Shown: positions 25,551 through 37,960, numbered from the stretch's first letter. The stretch: 64,000 nucleotides of DNA from Octopus bimaculoides (GCF_001194135.2 NC_068998.1:34482019-34546018); one strand, 5' to 3'. A program made the numbers and translations. Notes: generated by a model not told the origin, from the sequence alone.

Positions 25551-26413
25551 CAAGGTGCGATGAATAAATTGTCTAAATTACGCAAAAATGAAAATAACAC
25601 TGACGTCTCATTTTAAAATATATATTTACCAAAATTACATTAAAATATTTTGAAATACTAAAGAGTAAATTTATTCAATAAAATTGCCATTGGCCTCAAC
25701 CATGGCAACCAGATGACTTTGGAATCATCTGCAACTCTTCTGGACAATCTCCTTGTTTGAGTTTGTGAATGCTGCCTTAATCCTTGCCTTCAGTTCATCT
25801 TTGGTGTCACAAGGAGTTTTGTTGGTCTCTTGCTCAACTGTGCCTCACATATAATAATCAAGGGGCTTGCAGTCTGGGGAGTTAGGTAGTCAGATGTGGT
25901 TACAGAAATTGTCTGACAGCCATGACTGGGTTCTCCTGCTTGTGTAGCATGGTGCAGAGTCTTGTTGCCTGGCATAAGGTCTTCCATCAGCCAACCTCTT
26001 GACCCAGGGCAGCACTACCTCCTCCCAGCACGTGATGTATGCCTCTGTGTTGAGTCTGAGGAGGTGTGAGAAGATGAATGGAGGCATAACGTCATCATCA
26101 ATAGTGATCACTCCAAACTCCATGATGTTGACTGGATGTTTGATTTTTATCACTCTTGGTACATGTTCATATTGGTACATGTTTGTATTGAAACTTCCAA
26201 CGCTTTGTAATGGAGCTTCTGGCACGAATGCCAAGCAGTACAGCATGTCATTTCCAAATTTCTGGCAGAGTGAATTGCATCATGGTGCTGTTTTTCTCAC
26301 AGACAGTGTCCAACTGACCTTACTATACTGTGTAGTTGACAAAATCAAAAACAAACAATATGCATGTGTGAAATTAGAAATATAAAATGGTGACAATTTA
26401 CCCACCCACCCTG
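25551..26413 (-). mobile_element. Internally deleted DD37D-like mariner, copy 2
   Basis: IKHPVNIMEFGVIT...GRPYARQQDSAPCYTSRRTQSWL. Ends CAAGGTGCGATGAATAAATTGTC / GACAATTTACCCACCCACCCTG, TA on both sides. Confidence 0.9.
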
Positions 26414-26430
26414 TATATATATATATATAC

Positions 26431-26730
26431 GAAGCATGACCTTTGAACATTGGGCCTCACATAGGCAATGACAGGAGATCGAGACCTTTGGAGATATGCT
26501 GTGATAGAGAAGATCCAGCAACTAAAATGAAATTGCAGGCATGGCTGATGCCAGTGTTGCATGTCTGGCCGATTTAAAAGTACCCTTGATGCATCAGGTG
26601 ATATGATACGCTTGAGAAGACCTGTTGAGTCAAGTAAAACCCAAATCATAGATGTGGCCAGTGCTCCCTGACTGGCTCCCCTGGCAGTGGCACATAAAAT
26701 GCACCATCCGAACATGGTCAATGCCAGTGC
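26431..26730 (+). mobile_element. RTE ORF2 terminus and 3' UTR fragment
   Basis: gaacattgggcctcac...gagacctttgg...gagaaga matches the reverse complement of 23290-23350. Confidence 0.7.
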
Positions 26731-27284
26731 TTGATAAAGGACCTGATACACCCGTTACGTGGTAGCAGGGCATGCAAGAAATAGCAGCCAAATCTCTCCA
26801 TTTTTTGGGAAAAGGGGCTGTTTTAGGCATGATCTCGACGTCACATTCGTTGAAAACATGTGAAATAAAATGGAAAAAAATGAAAAACCCACGAAACAAA
26901 ACTATATTGCTGGGAAACTCGGACTTCCCTGGTGACCGAACGGGTCAAAGGTCATCTAGTAATAAATAAAAGCAAGATTTTTTTACAATTTTTCTCAAAT
27001 GTGAATGCCACAATATGTAATATATTCGATTTTAAAATCCATTGACGACAAAACCAACCACAGGACTCAAATCATGTATCAGCTAGAATACATATGGTCA
27101 TGATACTATTACACTGAAGTAACTCTCTGACTTCCAACCCCTGAAATCACAGACTGCTATCTTGCAAACAAGAAAAGGCATTGTTTTAAATTTAAAAGAT
27201 AATTTTAGATACATTGACATATATTACAGAGAAATGCATGCACACATATTCACATACAGACACACACGTGCAAGCACACACACA

Positions 27285-27500
27285 ACATCATCATCATCAT
27301 CATCATTTAACGTCTATTTTCCATACTGGCATAGGTTGGATGGTTTGACAGGTGCTGGATGGGTAGAAGGCTGCAATAGGCTTCACTATCTGTTTTGGCA
27401 GGGTTTTTACTGCTGGATCCCCTTTCTAATACCAACCACTTTACAGTGTGGACTCGATGCACCAGCATTAGAGGGGTCACCAAGTAACTTGTAAAACAAA
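27285..27500 (-). mobile_element. RTE-tailed repeat with (CAT)n
   Basis: (cat)n ttaacgtctattttccatactggc...gctggatccctttctaataccaaccac. The adjoining gggtcaccaagtaacttg also occurs reversed at ~52800. Confidence 0.7.
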
Positions 27501-27893
27501 TATTCTTTGAAAGGTGGATGGGGAGGAGGCATTGAAAGAGGTAGCCTTGTGTCAGCTGATGAAAGGTTAGAGTGTGACAGACAGAGAGAAACAAATGTCT
27601 TGCTGTTCAGGAGACACATGGTTACCCAGTCAGAGGGAGAGAGCAAAAGAAAGATGGAGAGAGTGAGTGAGTGATCAAGAATGAGAGAGAGAAAGAGAGT
27701 GACAGTGCAAGAGAGAGAGTAGAAGAGAGATGGTTGTGAAGTGCTAGGGCATGCACTTACAGTACAGTGATCAGAATATAAATGGGATGGTAGAGTATTG
27801 CCAAGGGAGTAGGGACTTCACATAAATCAAAGAGTGTGGGAGAGGGGAAAGCAGTGACTGGTGACACGTGGGTAAATATACATATAATTTTGT

Positions 27894-27944
<51 letters not shown>

Positions 27945-28132
27945 GTATGTATAGAAAGTATACAAGGAGTTTTCAACTGAAATTTTGTGCTATGAATGTT
28001 CAGACTGGTTTACCCCTAAAATTCCAGTTTGAACTGCAACTGAAAAACATAGTGTTGAGACTGCCTTGGGAAAGTGGTGAGAAGTGGTATATATGGATAT
28101 GTGTGTATGAGTGTGTAAATATGTATGTGTAT

Positions 28133-29565
28133 GTCTCATTGGGTTATTCTTGCTTGACATGTTAGGAAAAGCCTTTCCTGGTGAATATTTTGCTATTTAT
28201 AGGGACGATACTCGAACTTTAGCTAAGAATAACAATGGACCAATGCAAGATCAGTTAAGGAAAAGTATTATCCACCTTATGAAAACATTCGATCTTAGCA
28301 TAACAATAGAAACCAACCTAATGGTTATCAATTTCCTTGATGTATCTCTACATTTACAAAAGAATATTTACAAACCTTATAGAAAGCCCAACGATAGACT
28401 TAGTTATATTAATGTAGGTTCCTACCACCCCATTATAGTGTTTGTTATATAGTGGGGCAGTATTATAATATACGTTTATATTGGTGAAGAGGATAGGAAT
28501 TCTCCTACTAATATTCTTAACTAAATTTTTAATGTCCTTAAAGCTAGTGGATTTAAAGAGGAAATAGCTTACACACCTACTATTAGACCAGAAATAAAGA
28601 AAAGAAAACATAGACGCAGGAAAATTATCTGGCTCACACTCCCTTTTTCACCCAAAGTGACCTTTAATTATAGGTAAATATTTCTTGTCACTTATAGAGA
28701 CATTTTCTAATACATCATAAATATAGGAAACTCTTCAACAGGTATAACCTAAAAATTAGTTTTAATTACATCCCAAACTTTAAAAGCATAATTACACACA
28801 ATGCAACACAACAACATGATGCCTGCTGCTCCTGCATGGATAAAGAGTTGTGCCCACTAAATGGAGCCTGTATGACCAAGGCCATTATTTATGAAGCCAC
28901 TGTAAATTCTATGAACACTAATAATAGTTTCATCCAAGAGAGATCTGGGTCTTACAGAGGGAAATTTCAAAGCAAAATTCAACTTAAGCTTCAGACACTG
29001 GAATAAACGAAAAACTACCAAATTATCCAGTCATATATGGTTCTTAAAACAATAAGGTTTCAGCTACAGGACTTCCTGGAAGATCTTAGCCGAGTGTAAA
29101 CCTTATACTAATAGTAGTGGCAACTGCAGTCTTTGTAATATGGAAAGATGGCTCATGTGGTAAAGTTTCTTGGACCCTACTACATGTTTAAATTCAAGAA
29201 CTGAACTTTTTGTGACATGTCTACATGTCACAAAATATCTGTTACGGTTTTGGGCCCCACAAGATCACGGCTAGAATTCACAGTTTTACTATGTTCCTGC
29301 ACAAGCCTTCCCATGTGTTTTAACTTCCAATTGTGAACACAAGAGGTTTCTGTCTATGTATTGTGAGAATATGGTTGTGTGTATTTTTTATCTTTTTCTT
29401 TTTTCCTTTTTTACCTATTAAAGTAACTTCCCTTTTATTCAATGGCTTTTCATAGCATCTGTTGCCATTAATAGCCAACAGGAATGCATTGTAGCTCTTC
29501 ACTCTGAGATTCGAAACCTCGAGTACTATAATGACAACCTTTTACTGTTTGTTCTAAATTATAAC
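28133..29565 (+). mobile_element. Penelope-like retroelement (RT plus GIY-YIG), 5'-truncated, Naiad-like
   Basis: IYRDD, ITIETNLMVINFLDV, YKPYRKPND (PLE RT); RRRKIIW..PFS; CSCMDKELCPLNGAC; IIYEATV...LGLTEGNFK (GIY-YIG); CSLCNMER; TCLHVTKY. Frameshifts and stops present. Confidence 0.9.
29487..29533 (+). ncRNA. Degenerate hammerhead ribozyme remnant in the PLE terminal region
   Basis: Stem I CATTGTAG/CTATAATG encloses GAAAC-CTCGAG-TA; the CUGANGA half is missing. Confidence 0.45.
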
Positions 29566-30297
29566 ATACATACATATATACATACATACATACATACATA
29601 CATANNNNNNNNNNNNNNNNNNNNNNNNNNNNNNNNNNNNNNNNNNNNNNNNNNNNNNNNNNNNNNNNNNNNNNNNNNNNNNNNNNNNNNNNNNNNNNNN
29701 NNNNNNNNNNNNNNNNNNNNNNNNNNNNNNNNNNNNNNNNNNNNNNNNNNNNNNNNNNNNNNNNNNNNNNNNNNNNNNNNNNNNNNNNNNNNNNNNNNNN
29801 NNNNNNNNNNNNNNNNNNNNNNNNNNNNNNNNNNNNNNNNNNNNNNNNNNNNNNNNNNNNNNNNNNNNNNNNNNNNNNNNNNNNNNNNNNNNNNNNNNNN
29901 NNNNNNNNNNNNNNNNNNNNNNNNNNNNNNNNNNNNNNNNNNNNNNNNNNNNNNNNNNNNNNNNNNNNNNNNNNNNNNNNNNNNNNNNNNNNNNNNNNNN
30001 NNNNNNNNNNNNNNNNNNNNNNNNNNNNNNNNNNNNNNNNNNNNNNNNNNNNNNNNNNNNNNNNNNNNNNNNNNNNNNNNNNNNTAGGTGATACAAGAAA
30101 GGGACAAAAGCATACAGATAGATGATACAAAGAAAACACGGACATGTCATTCGGAGTTTTCTCTCTTCAGTCGAAATCCAGATTATCTTTGCAATTTCAG
30201 CTGGTTATTCTCGATATTGCTCCAATCTGGCCATCCCCAAGGAAAAACTAAGCTAAGAGCATTAGATTCCTTGGAAGAAAGCAGCGAATGTATACAA

Positions 30298-30344
<47 letters not shown>

Positions 30345-30348
<4 letters not shown>

Positions 30349-30562
30349 TATGTGTCTGTGTTTGTCCCCACCAACATCGCTTGACAACCAATGCTGGTAT
30401 GTTTGTGTCCCCGTAACTTAGCAGTTTGGCAAGAGAAACCGATGGAATAAGTACTAGGCTTACAAAGAAACATAAGTCCTGGGGTCGATTAGCACGACTA
30501 AAAGGCAGTGCTCCAGTATAGCCACAGTCAAATTACTGAAACATGTAAAAGAGTGAAAGAGT
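30345..30562 (+). mobile_element. Family-A SINE 3' module
   Basis: gtgtctgtgtttgtccccaccaacatcgcttgacaacc...gaataagtactaggcttacaaag. Confidence 0.8.
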
Positions 30563-32149
30563 ATATATATATATATNNNNNNNNNNNNNNNNNNNNNNNN
30601 NNNNNNNNNNNNNNNNNNNNNNNNNNNNNNNNNNNNNNNNNNNNNNNNNNNNNNNNNNNNNNNNNNNNNNNNNNNNNNNNNNNNNNNNNNNNNNNNNNNN
30701 NNNNNNNNNNNNNNNNNNNNNNNNNNNNNNNNNNNNNNNNNNNNNNNNNNNNNNNNNNNNNNNNNNNNNNNNNNNNNNNNNNNNNNNNNNNNNNNNNNNN
30801 NNNNNNNNNNNNNNNNNNNNNNNNNNNNNNNNNNNNNNNNNNNNNNNNNNNNAAAGTTCATACAAAGCTTTATACTTTAAATATATTCCTCTTATTATCA
30901 TCAAAGAATGTATATATGCATTTTAATACTCAAACTGTTTTTTAACATTTTTTATTATTCTCAAAGACTTTTGATAATCTTTTTCTAAAAAAGCGAAACC
31001 GGTTAAGTAAATAAATATCTTTAAAATAAGTGCATTTTCAAACCTTCTTTCATATATATTTCCACTTGTATGGTATTCCACAACTTTACTTTATTATATA
31101 TATATATATATATATCTATATATATATATATATATATATTCATATATATATATGTATATATATATATATGAATGTGTGTGTATGCATATGTAAATCTACT
31201 GCAATTTCCATCGGTAATTGATTCCAAGACATGTATCTACTTGAAGAATAATGTAACACCACGAAAAATCATTAAAAAAACTTTATTAGATTTTATCTGC
31301 TTTAATAAATGGTTTGTACATATTTTCACATGTATTGTATTTGATTGCTTCTTCAGTATTCGATTTTAGGCGGTTGTTCTTTTAATTTTTAAGATTTTAA
31401 AGATGTTCATTGAGACTGGCGTAAAGTCAGATAATTCAAATGAAGTTCAGGTTTATTTCTTCCATTAATTTCTTTAAAAAATGAGGTTAAGTTCAAAAAG
31501 ACATAACTCAATGATATAATTTGTAGTATGCCTAATTATGTATGTATGTATGTATGTATGTATGTATGTATGTACGTATGTATGTATGTATGTGCATATG
31601 CATGTATCATCATTATCATCGTTGTTGTCATCATCATCATACCATCATCGTTTTTTAATTGTCACATTTGTTGAGGCAGATTTTCTACTGCCAGATGCTC
31701 TTCCTGTCACTAATCTTAAACTGCTTCCAACCAAGATATTCTTTCCTGATAGCCAGACATGTCTGCAAAGAAGATTAGAAAATGGAGGATATTATTTGTA
31801 TGATGGGACACTTGTTTAGAACTATCGAGTGTTGCCAAGACGGGGGATACATAAACACACCCACATTAATGCACATACACACACACATATATATACATAT
31901 ATGCATACTTGTAGCACTCTCAAGTGACCTTGCTCTTTCTCTCACGCTCTCTCCCTCTCTCCCTCTCTCTCTCTTGCTCTCTCTCTTTCTTGCTCTCTCT
32001 TTCTTGCTCTCTCTCTCTCTCTCTCACACACACATACACATATACATATATACATACATACATACAAATATATACATTAGCATAACTAGGCAGGGGTGGT
32101 AAGGGCAGCACTTTTAAAGGGATTTTTGTGGGTTCTGAGTGCAGAAAAT

Positions 32150-33270
32150 GGAACGGCTACACTAGTGAGTATATATATTTTTTAATTATTATAAATCTTC
32201 CACTGAGGAAGGAGCTGGTTTCCAACAAAGAGACAAGGCTCCATCTTTGGAATGTAGTTAACAGACAAATTCACATTTGGAACTTGAGAAATGTCTTGCA
32301 TATTTTTACTGTTCCACTGACAGCTTGGACTTGTAATGCGCAAATTAGCCGGTCAATTTCTCTTTCTGAAAATCCCAGTTTATCCAGATTGTCCTTTAAG
32401 CTTTTACTAACAAAACCTAGTGCTCCAATTATTATTGGTATGAATATGGATTCGATATAGATGCTGGAGGTTTCGAAGCAGTTTTCCATAGATGTCCTCT
32501 TTTGCTTTGATTTTCAAAGACAGATTTATATCTGCAAGGCAGCTGATCTCTATGAAGGTACATACCATTGCCCCTCTATCCCAAACGACAATATCTGGCC
32601 TGTTGTGTTTACATTTGACAGAAGTTTTGATGAGAATGTTTTACCAGTATACCTTGAGTTGGTGTTTATGAATGTATTCCTTAACAGGGATTTTCTAAGT
32701 TTATTTTGGGACAGTCTTTCTTGCGGATGGCACTGTAAATTGTTTGAGCGACATTATACTGTATAGGGAGGTAGTACCATGATGACATTTTAGGACAGCT
32801 GCTAATTATATGTGTGATGTCTTCCACAGAAACATGACATAACCTATACATGCGGTTGCACCTTGGGATTACAAGAGCATCACTCTCTCTTGTTCACTAG
32901 GTATTTTTTGGAAATCTCCTGTTCCTGGATTGCAAATGTATAGCCTTCAAAGTGTGATGTGATGTAATGGTCTTGTGTTCCAGAGAGGCTGTGCTTCATG
33001 TCAATTCTACTGTCTTCAAGCTTCTGGGCAACATACCCATGCATAGTCTTTTTTTCTCTATGTATGCTGAGTACTTTCCATCTAGGTCTTCTTTGAGGTA
33101 AGAGAGCCCAGCTGATTTGGGTATGTACAGGAGATCATCAGGAAGAGAGTGTTTCTTGAGGAGTTCACTGTCAACTCGTACAATGTTGCTCACTTCACTT
33201 TTCTGCACTGCATTTATGTATTTATTTTTGCTTTTGTTGTTCAGCAGGTGCTGCCTGAGTGATACCATAC
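32150..33270 (-). mobile_element. Non-LTR retrotransposon 3' portion with CCHC knuckle and restriction-like endonuclease
   Basis: RLCHVSVEDITHIISSCPKMSSWYYLP, KCKHNRPDIVVWDR...FIEISC, FIPIIIGALGFVSKSL...GTVKICKTFLKF*. Short 3' UTR ending in ataataattaa. Confidence 0.85.
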
Positions 33271-33399
33271 GCCATGTATGTATGTATATATGTATTAGTA
33301 TATGTATGTATGAGTATATATGAATATATCTATTTATAGATATAAATGTGTATGTTTGTGTGGGTGTGAACAAGTAATTTTACTAAGCATGTATACATT

Positions 33400-34221
33400 C
33401 AGGGTGTGTTGAATGAATTGTCTAAATTACGCAAAAAGGAAAATTATACTGACATCTCATTTTAACAGATACATTTACCAAAATTACATTAAAATATCTT
33501 GAAATACCAAAGAGTAAATTTATTCAATACAATCACTATTGGCTTCAACCACAGCCTCCATACGACTTCAGAAATTCCTGCAACTCTTCTGGACAGTCTC
33601 CTTGTTTAAGTTTGTGAATGTTTCCATAATCCTTGCCTTCATTTCATCTTTGATGTTACAAGGAATTTTGCTGGTCTCTTGCTCAACTGTACCTCACATA
33701 TAATAATCAAGGGGGTTGCAGTCTGGGGAGTTAGGTGGCCAGATGTTAGGGGTGGTGTGGTTGCAGAAATTGTCTGACAGCCATGACTGGGTTCTCTTGC
33801 TTGTGTAGCATGGTGCAGAGTCCTGTTGCCAGACATAAGGTCTTCCATCATCCACCCAGGGCAGCATTACCTCCTCCAAGCACTTGATGGAGGCCTCCAT
33901 GTTAAGTCTGAGACTGTGTTGAAAGACAAATGGAAGCATAATGTCACTATCACTATTGATCACTCCGAACACCATGATGTTGACTGGACGTTTGATTTTT
34001 ATCACACTTCGTACATGTTTGTATTGGTACATGTTTGTATTGGATCTTCTGGCACTTCATATTGAAACTTCCAGCATGAATGCCAAGCAGTATAGTAAGT
34101 TGGTTCCAAATTTCTGGCAGAGTGAATTGACCCTACTATACTGTATAGTCGACAAAACCTAAAACAGACAAGGCACGAAATTAAAAATATAAAATGGTGA
34201 CAATTTACCCATCACCCCCTG
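33400..34221 (-). mobile_element. Internally deleted DD37D-like mariner, copy 3
   Basis: GRPYVWQQDSAPCYTSKRTQSWL...IWPPNSPDCNPLDYY. Ends CAGGGTGTGTTGAATGAATTGTC / GACAATTTACCCATCACCCCCTG-TA. Confidence 0.9.
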
Positions 34222-34270
34222 TATATGTATATGTGTAACTTCATGTAGTCTATTTATTTATTTATTTATT

Positions 34271-34320
<50 letters not shown>

Positions 34321-34359
34321 CATCGTTATTTCTCTGTATCACAGGTTTTGTAGGAGCTC

Positions 34360-34399
<40 letters not shown>

Positions 34400-35150
34400 T
34401 ACTACTATTATAACTGCTGCTGTTGCATCTGTTGTAATTGCTTTGTCATTACATTTGTTATTATTGCTGAATTGCATTGTGAAATATGTTCTGAAAATTG
34501 TACTGTTTAGGTTTATTATACTTATTTTCTCATATGATTTATTATTTTTTTATTTATTGTTCATACATCTAGGAAAACGTAGAGAGCAAAGCTGTTATTC
34601 AAATGTTCTCATTTAGGGAGGAGAATATATCTTATTTCTTATTTTCCTACCTGAAAAACTGAAGTACATTTTCAATAATGCCTGCAGGAGTGTTTTTTTT
34701 TTTTTTTGTTTTTTCATAACAATGGTAGTCATATTCCTCTCATACTTTGCAGGAGAGATAAACAAAATATTTGGAATAATTACTCAAGTAATGGTGGTAA
34801 TACACACATTTACAGCCACAGTAGCAAGAACATTATTGCAAGAACAATGAGAAGAACAAGAAGACAGCCTAATGTGACAATAACAATGGCAAAAACATTA
34901 ATAACCACAACAATTGTGGTATCTGCAACATCAACAATAACAGCAACAAGCACTTTGATAGTAAGGAAAAGAACAGCAGATAAAGAAATACCTTTGTAGG
35001 TGTTGTTGCTATGGAGAAAATATACCTGTACTAAAAATGTTATTGAATACATGGGTATGTGTCAGCAGCAGAAAAGACATTCCCAGAAACATGGAGAAAA
35101 AGGCAGGTAGATATATCATAAAATAAAGTTGGTGCTGATGTTGATGTACT

Positions 35151-35417
35151 CAGGGTTGGTTTTGAGCTAATTAAATTTGTTCAAATTGGATCCCCACTCC
35201 AAGAGAGTGGCCCTATGTACATGCTTGTGTGGAGGATGCTATAATGAATTTTTAGTATATCATTGTGACAAATGGTGGAACCTCAAGTCCTCATCATGCT
35301 TTGGCTGGGACTAACATAGTCCACAAAGCATAAAACATCAATCTTCTACTTTTGTAGAGTAGAGGACCCCACTGACAGTGCTCTGACTGGGCCCCATACT
35401 TCCTAGTGGCAGCCCTG
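35151..35417. mobile_element. hAT-type MITE
   Basis: Ends CAGGGTTG / CAGCCCTG. Flanking duplication ATGTACT (35144-35150, 35418-35424), or 8 bp GATGTACT if the terminal G is shared. Confidence 0.7.
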
Positions 35418-36058
35418 ATGTACTGAATCACACATATAAAATATTCTTAATTAATTGAAATTTATCTTTTAGCTGGAGAAAATATAGAAAAATACCATCA
35501 TATGGGGGATGCACTGTGACAAGGTGTGAAATTATACATAATCATTGTAAGATGGAACCCTTATTTGAACTAGATGAGTGCATGCAGATGTGAATCACAG
35601 CTCTTCACTCATCTCAGACAGTCCCAGCTGATGGATTTCCTTGTCTGCAAAGCCTATCAATAGTGCTACCAGGTCAAGAATTTACACATGTTACCAGCAT
35701 GGGTGTATTTTATGTGGCACCAGCACAGGTGCTTTTTATGTGGCACTAGTACATGGAGACAAGAAACCAGTATATGGCCCTTTTGATACTTTAAGAGTCA
35801 TATGGAACGTTGTGTGGAAGTTTTCCCTTTTGAATTCCCCTCAGTAATCCATAGGTTCCACCTGAAAGTCTTCTGTAATAGACCTATCAATTGATTTTTA
35901 TCTTTTCCCAGAATTATCTTGATCACGTAATCCAATGGGTCCTTCCCTTTTGTAAAAGTTACTTGCATATGTTTTGAAGGAATATTTGACAAGAGCTGCA
36001 CGAGGTTCCATAGTCTATTTTGGCATGGTTTCTATGACTGGAATGATTTACATGTGGA

Positions 36059-36215
36059 ACCAGCATGGGTGCATTATATGTGGCACCAGCATGTAAGTTT
36101 TATACATGCACCAGCACAGATGCATTATACATGGTACTAGCATGGGTGCTTTACACATGGTACCAGCACAGATGCTTTTTATGTGGCACCAGCACAGGTG
36201 CTTTTTATGTGGTAC
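36059..36215. repeat. 26-bp minisatellite, about 6 units, related to the RTE 3' UTR unit
   Basis: Units such as ccagcacaggtgctttttatgtggca repeated in tandem. Confidence 0.8.
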
Positions 36216-36884
36216 TATTACATGGAGGCAAGAAACCAGCATATGGCCCTTTTGATGCTTTAAGAGTCATATGGTACCTTGTGTGAGAGTTTTCCCTTTG
36301 AATTACCCTCAGTATACCACTATATGACCCCCCACTCCCACCATATCATTGTGGACATCCTGAATTCACTAATATATGTTATGATAGTATAGCTTTTATA
36401 GATCAGCACCAATCTAGCAGACCTCTACATGTTAAAATTCAAAAATTTCTAAAGACATTAACAGACTGCTTTTATGTGTATCTATGTGGTTTAGTCTCAA
36501 GTCAGTTCTACTTAACTAGACTTGACTCACCTGTCATTTTTTTGTATTTCATATGCTGTGTTTCTCAGATGATATAATCTAGGCTTTCCTTTTTCTAATA
36601 AAACAGCCAAATCTGATTTGTGAAAGATTTCATCGCTTTGCAAAAAGATCAAATGACCATTTAGAAGTCCCACTTTGACTTGGTTTTTGTGTCAATGCAT
36701 ATGTTTTATGTGTTTGCATACATGCCAATGTGTATGTATATATGATGTATTAAATAAACATTGTTCACTAAACATTGTTCTCTGTGTGTGTATTTGTGTG
36801 AGTGTATGTGTATGTGAGTTTGTGTGTGTGTGTTTTCATGTGCGTGTAGAAATCTACATATGTAAATACTCTTTTTTTACTTGT

Positions 36885-37258
36885 TTCAGTCATTTGACTG
36901 TGGCCATGCTGGAACACCGCCTTTAGTCAAGTACTTCGACCACAGGACTTATTCTTTGTAAGCCTAGTACTTATTCTATCCATCTCTTTTGCCGAATCGC
37001 TAAGTTATAGGGACGTAAACACACCAGCATCGGTTGTCAAGCGATGTTGGGGAGACAAGCACACACACATATATATATATATATACATATATACGACGGG
37101 CTTCTTTAAGTTTCCGTCTACCAAATCCACTCACAAGGCTTTGGTTGGCCCGAGGCTATAGTAGAAGACACTTGCCCAAGGTGCCACACAGTGAGACTGA
37201 ACCCGGAATCATGTGGTTGGTAAGCAAGCTACTTACCACACAACCACTCCTGCACCTA
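36885..37258 (-). mobile_element. Family-A SINE, near full length
   Basis: Both modules present around a short (CA)(TA) tract; CORE-like ggcaccttgggcaagtgtcttct on the minus strand. Confidence 0.9.
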
Positions 37259-37605
37259 TATATNNNNNNNNNNNNNNNNNNNNNNNNNNNNNNNNNNNNN
37301 NNNNNNNNNNNNNNNNNNNNNNNNNNNNNNNNNNNNNNNNNNNNNNNNNNNNNNNNNNNNNNNNNNNNNNNNNNNNNNNNNNNNNNNNNNNNNNNNNNNN
37401 NNNNNNNNNNNNNNNNNNNNNNNNNNNNNNNNNNNNNNNNNNNNNNNNNNNNNNNNNNNNNNNNNNNNNNNNNNNNNNNNNNNNNNNNNNNNNNNNNNNN
37501 NNNNNNNNNNNNNNNNNNNNNNNNNNNNNNNNNNNNNNNNNNNNNNNNNNNNNNNNNNNNNNNNNNNNNNNNNNNNNNNNNNNNNNNATATATATATATA
37601 TATAT

Positions 37606-37885
37606 AGTGGGATGCATGGCTAAGTGGTTATGGTGTTGCACTTATGATTGCATGATTGCGATTTCAATTCCTAGCCCAAGGGGAGCAAAACACTTTATCT
37701 CATGTTGCATTCTGATCATGTCAACTCCTGAAGAATGGCACACACTGCACCTGTTCAGACAATTTCGATTTGATGGAGAGAGTATACTAATGTACGGCAT
37801 AAGCATTTCATTACGATAGATAAATTAACTGTGCAGGTTGTTCGGCAAAAGCTAAATGCTCATTCGTCATCTTCGATGGGTGAAT
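37606..37885 (+). mobile_element. tRNA-derived SINE of a further family (E)
   Basis: A-box tggctaagtgg, B-box-like gatttcaattcc, body unlike families A, B and D. Single copy in the window. Confidence 0.5.
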
Positions 37886-37886
37886 A

Positions 37887-37960
<74 letters not shown>

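Noticed and set aside
36059-36215. CRISPR-like appearance of short repeats (also 63517-63586)
   Set aside because: Units are contiguous with no unique spacers, there are no cas genes, and the context is eukaryotic.
35680-36313. TRIM/LTR interpretation of the direct repeats
   Set aside because: No TG...CA termini, PBS, PPT or TSD.
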